A stretch of 64,000 nucleotides of DNA from Eledone cirrhosa (Eukaryota). Location of the stretch: assembly GCA_964016885.1 (NCBI GenBank), contig OZ024740.1:113584001-113648000 (forward strand). The letters run 5' to 3'. This document shows positions 55,334-64,000 of the stretch, one piece after another (position 1 is the stretch's first letter; every line of letters begins with the position of its first letter). Made by a program: the position numbers and the translations under genes. A model generated the notes under the pieces. It was not told where the DNA came from. It worked only from the letters and a program-made list of their open reading frames with translations, and searched no databases.

Positions 55334-55659
55334 GTGTATTTTGCAATACACTGTATGCTTAATTAAAAGCATTTCGAAGACCTTACGCTATTGTTTTAGA
55401 GTATTGACAGTCTAACTTACATTAAATTTTCAGCAAGCAGGGGAGATAAAGCTGACAGAGCTCTGTTTCGTACTTTTTGGTACTTATCAAAGCTAAGTAC
55501 TCCACCTGTTTGCTGAAAATCATGAATGTTTGATTCTTATAGAATTCTAGTAATAATCAGGAACTGATTATACAGAGCGGTTGCCGGTCAAGCAGAAATT
55601 GAAAATTAGAATTGGTGCTCTGAAATAGCGATATATATATGTTTGCTGAAAATTTAAAG

Positions 55660-56536
55660 TAAGTGAGACTGTGGAGGCTAAGTGGGGGCTAAACGTTTCG
55701 GTTGGTGAAATCGTAAAGACTTTCTGATAACTTCTTCTAAGTCTTCCCCCAAAATGTGGCAGAGAGCTGAATCTTGATGCCATACATATGGTCTTCCAAA
55801 GTGACATTCTCCGATCAAGGTTTAATATCACCCTCACTAGAGACACATCCAAGTTTAGAGGAAATTGGTCTTTGAATATTGTAGGCATGACATTTGTTAT
55901 TCTGAGTGTTATGCACCTGGTCTTGACAAAAATACTTTCCCTCAGAGAAGAACCATATTGTCCCTGGTTCAACAGCATCTTTCACTTTACTCAGGAGTTC
56001 CTTTCCTTTGTCAGACGGTCTTCTCGGGCCATTTCTCTAAGCTTTTACGCCTCTTGTATGACTGGTTACGCAGGTCTTAATTCAAGGCCAACTTCATGGT
56101 GGAAGCTGCAACACCCAACCACGCGCCGAATTCGCATTGCCTTGCCTGGGTGTTCCATCACTTTCTCCTGGAGTTGTTAGATACATTTTGGTTTACGGAG
56201 GCAATCAGAACGCAAACTGTGTTCTTTCTTACAAGGCATGAATTCGGAATATGCGTTACAGCTCTACATTTGACGTCTTATTGTTTTGAGTGTTCAAAGA
56301 TCATTGAACAGCTGACATGATTGCGGGATTTTGATGCCCGACACGAATCATCATGATAGAGGCTGCCCTTTTCCGATATTCACCAGTTTTCCACTAGTCC
56401 ATTTTAGTTAACTTTTGATCTCCTTGAAACTGTAGTGATTAGGTTTCACAGTGTGGATCGATTTTCAGAAATACAAGGTCATATTTCAAAAACGATGCAA
56501 ATGTTAGACTCTATCAAATTTATCCCGAACACCCTG
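55660..56536 (-). mobile_element. Decayed Tc1/mariner-superfamily transposon, maT/DD37D-like
   Basis: End TA|CAGGGTG at 56536 next to (TA)n. Frames give KEHSLRSD, LQEKVMEHPGKAMR, FFSEGKYFCQDQVHNTQN, GCVSSEGD, LSESLYDF...V*PP. The other TIR was not found. Confidence 0.75.
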
Positions 56537-56820
<284 letters not shown>

Positions 56821-57017
56821 TTTTTATACATGGGGAGGGTCATATTGTTGTAATAATATTGCTAGAATTAATAACAGAACACACTCACTGTTTGTTTGGT
56901 TTTCGCTTCTGTATTTTTATATCAGTTAATTCATTCGGTACTCAATGTTTACCATTGACTGACCAACGGTCAAAAATACAGACACAATATAGATATAAAC
57001 ACATATATATATAGTCT

Positions 57018-57059
57018 AACAAAGCTCTTTCGTTGCACATTTGCAACATCGTCAGTGGT
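57018..57059 (-). ncRNA. Hammerhead motif, perfect stem II, weak stem I
   Basis: acca CTGACGA t gttgca aatg tgcaac GAA AGAGCT T tgtt. Confidence 0.6.
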
Positions 57060-57193
57060 GCTATTATGTTCCTCCTCTTGTATTGTATATTTACGCCATC
57101 TTTATTTAATCTGTTTATTTATTTAATTTTGTTTCGTATATATATATATATGTGTGTGTATATATATATGTATATATATATATATGTGTGTGC

Positions 57194-57225
<32 letters not shown>

Positions 57226-57255
57226 GTATATATATGTATATATATATATATATAT

Positions 57256-57600
57256 AAATTAAAGAAATTATTTAACCTGATAGTGGGGTTCAATAATTTC
57301 TTTAATTTCTTTAGTCAAAATACGGCGATAGCTTACATTTCTAATAATTTCAAACCCACTCGCTGTTTCGAAAATATTCTTACTTGACATTACAGTCGCT
57401 AAGTTTATAGCTTCTAATTTGAATGGAAAGAGACGGGTGATGTGTTGGTGTAAATGGTACACAGTGGTCCGGATAACCAAAGATGTGGATTCGACTCCCA
57501 TGTACGTCAATACTCATCTTTTTCCATTTCTCCGAGGTTTCTTAACCCCACTATCAGGCTAAATAATTTCTTTAATATCTTTAGTCAAAATACGGCGATA
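57256..57600 (+). mobile_element. Family C: 270 bp monomer with internal tRNA-like cloverleaf, partial tandem plus short 5' inversion
   Basis: aataatttctttaat..ctttagtcaaaatacggcgata at 57292 and 57562. 57256-57290 is an inverted piece. Cloverleaf at 57439-57509. Confidence 0.8.
57439..57509 (+). pseudogene. tRNA-like cloverleaf with A and B boxes (not a functional tRNA)
   Basis: gatgtgt/gtacgtc acceptor, gtgt/acac D stem, tggt/acca anticodon stem, gtgga ttcgact cccat T arm. The anticodon loop ccggata lacks U33 and purine 37. Confidence 0.7.
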
Positions 57601-57685
57601 TCTGATGAAAGTGCACCATAATTTGCCTTGGTTGCCCTTGAAATATATATAATAAAATAAATATAGTTTCCATTTATTAATATAT
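57600..57685 (+). ncRNA. Family B hammerhead, 5'-truncated in stem I and fused to family C
   Basis: t CTGATGA aagtgcacca-loop-tggttgccctt GAA ATATATAT A ataaaata, then the family B flank. Confidence 0.65.
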
Positions 57686-57687
57686 TG

Positions 57688-57782
<95 letters not shown>

Positions 57783-58439
57783 GGAGAGAGAGAGAAAGAG
57801 AGGGGAAGCGAGATGGAGAGAGAGAGAGATATTTGATTTCCAAATAATCGACCTGTTATTCATTGCTAATTTCGCTTCACAATCTTTTGATGTAATTTCA
57901 TTATATGATTTAGGCATGTTCCATATTATTATTATTAGTATCATTACTATTAGTTTTAAAATTATTTCCTTATTGTTATGTATCATTTATAATGTTATTG
58001 TTTTGTTATTTTTTCTTCGTATTTTTATTGTAGTTATTATTCGCTCTCAGTGATATATGTTTGTATGTGAGCCGTATTTTTGTTTGATTATTCCTTTTCC
58101 TTCTGATTTATTTGTATATTTATTTCTTCCTCATTACATTTGTGAGGTTGAGATGATATTTGTGTTGCGTTGTTTTTCTATTCTTCATTGGCTTTACTAT
58201 TTAACAAGTTTCGTTAGCATTTTTGTCGTTGTTACTTTTACTTCCTGCCCTTTTGTATACATTTATTTGTTTATATATGTTTCCATACATGTCTGCTTTT
58301 GTATGTATGTTTCAGTTCTTTTTTTTTAAGTTATTTGTTTTCGATTTTATTTAGTCTTTAATATTATTCATGTGAAATTTTTTTCATGTGAAATTTTTTT
58401 GTGTTGCGCAGGAAAATAAATTAGTGTAACAATAATAGT

Positions 58440-58627
58440 AATAATTGTTTCTACTTTTGACACAAGGCCAGCAAATACCCAGTACATTACTGGTACTTTA
58501 TTTTATCGACCTCGTAAGGATGAAAGGCAAAGTTAACCTCGGCGGGATTTGAACTCAGATCGTAAAGGGACGTAACTATGCTGGAAAGCAGGTTCGACCC
58601 TCTACCGTTACTGCAAATTCTTCGCCC
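58440..58627 (-). mobile_element. tRNA-derived SINE, full length
   Basis: Tail, core, B box and head. (TAA)-rich on both sides. Confidence 0.9.
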
Positions 58628-58965
58628 TGATATAATATAATAATAATAGTAATAATAACAGTAACAATAATGTTAATAATTATTATTATTAATAATATAG
58701 TAAAAATAACAATGATAATATTAGTCATGATAGTGATCATGATGATGATGATATACGGAGGAGAATGAGAATATTTAAAAAATTCTCATTATTCTAAACG
58801 AAATTGCAATTATTGTTGTATTAGATTTGCAAGATTTTTCGTGTGAAAACGTGTGTTGAAACATATAATAACAACCCGAAAACAGTGCTTAAACGCATAT
58901 AACAAACACTGAAGAACAAAACAAATAAAATACCAAGACAGACACATCCCATATATATATATATA

Positions 58966-59070
<105 letters not shown>

Positions 59071-59763
59071 TACAAAAAGAAATCAAGATAACAGCTAAAT
59101 AGTAACAACTAGGAATGAGAGCTGAGATAAAACTCATACACACACACACACACACTCGGATGTAACACATGCGCAGTGCAGATGCATAGTTCTTGAAGAC
59201 AAGATGGTGTAAAAGAAAACAGACAAAAGTGAAAGAAGTTGTCACTGAACAGGTCACAGAATGTGTGGCGAAAGAGTTTTGACAATTAATAATTAAACCA
59301 CCACCCGGTTATTAAACTAAATGACGAAAAATTATAATATATTGATATATAAAACGACTGGTGCGTGTGTTTTTATTGGCAGCATAACCCTCCCAAAATA
59401 TAACCATACAATTATTATTAGTAGTAGCATTATTGGTATTGGAAGAGCGATGGATTGGTGGAGCTTTTCTAGCTCTTTATGTTCTGTGTTCAACTAAAGC
59501 TTAGGTCAATTTTCCGTATGCGATCGATGAAATAAAATACTAATCCAGAATTGGGTTCTATTTAATCGACAGTTTCCTCCCTCAAATTGCTGGCCTTTGT
59601 GCCCAAAGTAGAAATCGTTATTAATCGATTTTTTTTTTTTTAGCCTTCGTTTTTTTCTTAAATTGAAATATCTGACATGGAATGAAATTTACTCAATATT
59701 TCGACGTTTCTTTCTGCTGTTATTGATTTCTATTAAAATCTTTACAGTCATTTTTTTTTCAGA

Positions 59764-59857
<94 letters not shown>

Positions 59858-60199
59858 CGTGTGTGTGTGTGTATATGTGTGTGTGTATGTCTGTGTGTAT
59901 GCCTGTGTGTGATTTTGCGTGTGTATAAAATATTTGAGACACAATAATAGTAATAATAAAAAATAATAATAATGATGACAATGATGGTGATGATGATGAT
60001 GATGATGACGATACAGTACATAACAATACAAATAATAACGAAAATAATAACAATAATATTAATAAGAGTGATAAAATACTCTTGATATTGATAATCATAA
60101 TGATAGTAACAATAACAATACTGATAACCATTAGAACTATAATAATAACACTGGAAATATTAAAGAACAAATCAAAATATTTGTCGTATGAAACAAAGA

Positions 60200-60204
60200 G
60201 ATAG

Positions 60205-60250
<46 letters not shown>

Positions 60251-60257
60251 GGAGATG

Positions 60258-60342
<85 letters not shown>

Positions 60343-60345
60343 GGA
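60200..60345. repeat. (GATA)n/(GA)n microsatellite
   Basis: Direct reading. Confidence 0.95.
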
Positions 60346-61200
60346 GTTAGATTGATAGATTAAGAGAGAGAAAGAAAGATTATATGTGTGCTTGAGAGAA
60401 AGATAAATTGAGTATGAGTGAGTGTGTGTGTGTATGTGTGTGTGTGTGTGTTTTGTGTGTGTGTGTGTGGGTGTGTGTGAGTGAGAGAGAGAATTTTGTT
60501 TTGCTATGACATTTAAAGTACAAAATTGATAGCAAGATATAAAAACAATAAAACATCAAAATTGTAAATAAAAGAGAAATAAATTAGCTAAAAGAAATAT
60601 TCTTTGTGGTTTTAAGTTAACCAGTTACAGGAAAACAAATTAAATTTAGCGGGCAAGTTCTGGTGTATGTGAGGGTCACAATATTGAATTCTCACAAAAA
60701 ATAAAACAATTTCTGAAACAAATAATTTTGGTTGTGAGTTCAACATTTTTTTCAATTATAGGAAATATTACTGCACAATATTACTGTAAACACATAAAAA
60801 ATATTGTAAAAATATTGTGTCGACTCAAGCATGATGTTGGATCTTCCGTCCGTTTCGACGACGAACATACCGTGCTTCGTTTAACTTAACGTCCGTCTCG
60901 TTAAATTTATTCTTAACATAATTTCTAGGTCGAATCAGCGTGACGAAATGTGTAACAAAGCTGGACCTTTTAATAACAGGGACATTCTATCGACATCGTT
61001 TCCGTTTCCCAAATTTCACTCACAAGACATAGGGTCAATACGGAGCATGATAAAAATATCAATCGAATGTATCATACATTAGAATCAAAAATTTAGACAG
61101 CATAAGGCATACCTATACGATTCTGGGTTTAATAACACTGGGTAAAACCCTACGATAGGTGTCTACTACTACCCCGGGTAAATATATATAAACACACACA

Positions 61201-61800
61201 TGTAAGGATTGTCAGAAAAGAAATAAGACTGGGTTCGCAAATCTAAACTAAAACCTGCAAGTCTTCCACTTCGAAATAGACCCCCCCTCGCGTATAACGC
61301 ACATTTCCATCCTTCTCAGCGACGCCTCAATACACTCCTGGAAGGTTTCTCCCAGGATTCCCCATAGCTTCATCGTCACGGTACCCTTGATGGCTTCCAC
61401 GTCCGGAAAACAAGTCCTCCTGATGTCCTTGATGATGACTCTCGCCAGTGTGTCTGGTTCGGTATCAAGAGGCTCAAGGACGTCCTCACACACATGTATA
61501 CGCCGCTCTTTCTGGATATCGTACAGCAATTTCGGCACCATCTCTGCGAAGATGTTCCGGATGCACAAATATTAGGTGATAATCTTCAATGTTAGCCACA
61601 TTCCTGCTCGTGGAAGGCCTTCCGCTCCTGGGATCATCTTCCCCCTATTCGCGTCACTCTTTGAAACTTTAGTACCATAGGCGCGACATTCTCTCAGCTC
61701 TGTACACTTGCTGTATTATTTCGTGTGCGCCAGCCGGATCAGACACTTCAAGTTGGTTCGTTGCTCTGTGCCAATCACTTGACGGCATAAAATTAAAGAG
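61201..61800 (-). mobile_element. Internally deleted mariner transposon relic
   Basis: EQRTNLK (N-terminus), then IFAEMVPKLLYDIQKERRIHVCED...LARVI joined directly to CFPDVEAIK..FQECIEA..RMEMCV..EG. The DD34D core is deleted. Confidence 0.82.
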
Positions 61801-62306
61801 CTTTTAACAAAGGAGCTGAAAAAAACCCCATACATACTCTGCAGAGAGGTGAGGCAACTCGCTAATCACCTAGCCTATTGATAGCTACACAGCACACAAA
61901 CTCCTGTTACTTCCAGTGGGATTGCTGGAAAAGGCAAAAGAGTAATATATATATATATTTATTACTATTTTATATATATATACACGAAATGTATGTGTGT
62001 TCGTTCGTATGTTTATATTTGCAAGCATAAAATGGAGTAATTTTTCATGAAATAATTACTTGGGTTAAAGTGAACAATGATCTTTTGTAAAGCAAAAATC
62101 TTTATGGTCACTTGCCAGGAATGTTTCTACCAAAAGTCACATCTCTTACGTTTTAAGCTAAACTATACTATAACATAAACAAATACTAAATAATTTTAAG
62201 TTAATTATAGATTGAACTCAAGATTCGAATGTCAAGAATATTTTTGAAATTTCTAGTGGTTTCAATACCATCACTCTTCGTTGTGCGTTATCTTTGAGTA
62301 TTATTA

Positions 62307-62345
<39 letters not shown>

Positions 62346-62346
62346 G

Positions 62347-62540
62347 GGGCGGTGGATTGGCAGTATCCGTAGAGGGTCGGACGCCATGCTTTGACGCATA
62401 GAGTTACGGCCCTTGCCATTCTGAGTTCAAATTCAGTAGAGGTTAAATTTGTCTTTCATCCTTACGGGGGTCGATAAAATAAAGTACCAGTAGTACACTG
62501 GGATAATTGCTGGCCTTGTGCCAAAAGTAGATAGTTATCT
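62347..62540 (+). mobile_element. tRNA-derived SINE, full length, preceded by (TTA)n
   Basis: Head, B box, core and tail. Confidence 0.92.
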
Positions 62541-62879
62541 TTTAGTATTGTGCAAATAATAATCCGATAATTCTGTATTTTTCTTTCATTTCTTCCCTGA
62601 TGCTCAACTCCTGAGAGACGCGTAGTGGCACCGTCATAACATTTGGCATATCTAGGGTGTTTTAAAAACATGGTGCTGTACTTGCCTCTTAAAGTATGAA
62701 CACAAGCGATTTTTTCCAATGAAACAATGGAAGAGGGAAGTAATAAAGATTTGGTATAACATAGCCGATTTCAAGAGAAAAAAGATAGGGTAGGAGTGAA
62801 TGAGAGAGAGAGAGAGAGAAAGAGGGAGAGAGAGAGAGCAAGACAGAGCGAGAGAGAGAGAGAATACGAATGTTTGCGA

Positions 62880-62956
62880 GAGAAGAAGAAGAAGAAGAAG
62901 AAGAAGAAGAAGAAGAAGAAGAAGAAGAAGAAGAAGAAGAAGAAGAAGAAGAAGAA
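62880..62956. repeat. (GAA)n microsatellite
   Basis: Direct reading. Confidence 0.96.
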
Positions 62957-63538
62957 TCGATCCCTGTATTTAAGGGTGAAAGGAAAATCAACTTCTGTAG
63001 TATGCAAACCCAATTAGCCGGAACCAATACCGCAAGGTATTCCATCGTTAGGAATTCATATAATGCAAAACCATTTGGTGATTTCTTATCTTTTTTACCT
63101 TCGAGGAACATTATTTCTATATAAACACTATACATTCGACTGTCAGACTGCTTGATATATACAGATTTATAAAGATAATATAGCTGTCGAAGAAAGAATA
63201 ACACGTTTATGTAAATAATATGTTTGCAGGTTAAAATGATGTATTTATTCAAATGTCATATTTATGACATTATAAAGAATTAATAAGAAATCTAACTGCC
63301 GTAGAGTAAAAGATAAGCTCATATAAATGCTAGCGTTGAAGCAGCCGTAAATTCTGGTTGGAAGCAAATTATTTCATAAATATATGGGTCAAGGTATAAA
63401 TGTCAAATGATTTTCTAAATCTTGAAATATATTCGTTGAAAGAAGGAACCTTCCTTTAATAAACATTTCTAAGCCTACGAGCACTGCTTGTATACAAACG
63501 ATTTCTGTATGATGTGAATATCTAGAACGGTAAGCATT

Positions 63539-63541
<3 letters not shown>

Positions 63542-63600
<59 letters not shown>

Positions 63601-63634
63601 TCCCTCTCTCTCTCTCTCTATCGCTCTCTCTCTT

Positions 63635-63687
<53 letters not shown>

Positions 63688-63731
63688 CTCTCTCTCTCTC
63701 TCTCTCTACTCTCTGTCTCCCTCTCTCTCAC

Positions 63732-63770
<39 letters not shown>
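63542..63770. repeat. (CT)n/(CTAT)n/(TA)n compound microsatellite
   Basis: Direct reading. Confidence 0.95.
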
Positions 63771-63773
<3 letters not shown>

Positions 63774-63783
63774 CTATTATACA

Positions 63784-63980
63784 GGGCGGTGGATTGGCAG
63801 TATCGGTAGAGAGTCGGACGCCATGCTTTGAAGCATAGAGTTATGTCTCTTTATGATCTGAGTTCAAATCCCACCGAGGTTAACTTTGCCTTTCATCCTT
63901 ACGGGGTCGATAAAATAAAGTACCAGTAATGTACTGGTTATTTGCTGGCCTTGTGCCAAAAGTAGAAACAATTATTACAT
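63784..63980 (+). mobile_element. tRNA-derived SINE, full length
   Basis: Head, A and B boxes, core and tail. Confidence 0.92.
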
Positions 63981-64000
63981 TATTATATACATTATTATTA

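Noticed and set aside
57439-57509. Functional tRNA gene
   Set aside because: Non-canonical anticodon loop, a T-stem mismatch, and embedded in a repeat.

Overview
AT-rich, microsatellite-saturated animal DNA. The SINE family and repeat landscape suggest an octopod cephalopod (inference). I cannot identify any intact host protein-coding gene; almost all listed ORFs are translations of microsatellites. Recognisable coding remnants are all transposon-derived: an RTE-clade LINE (~2.7-3.5 kb), a Penelope-like RT (16.2-16.9 kb), a 5'-intact but 3'-truncated L1/Tx1-clade LINE (47.3-51.3 kb), an R4/Dong-type LINE (53.0-54.9 kb, minus), and maT- and mariner-type transposases. About 20 copies or fragments of a tRNA-headed SINE are present. 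The main signal outside the ORF track is a dense set of minimal type I hammerhead ribozyme motifs: about 10 with the CUGANGA/GAAA core plus several decayed ones, from at least 6 unrelated sequence families. Almost all have a palindromic stem III. They sit in short non-coding units arranged as partial tandems and fold-back inversions, often beside (TA)n tracts, which is a Penelope-pLTR / retrozyme-like arrangement. A second short element with the same architecture carries an internal tRNA-like cloverleaf instead. All folds and alignments were done by eye and need computational confirmation.
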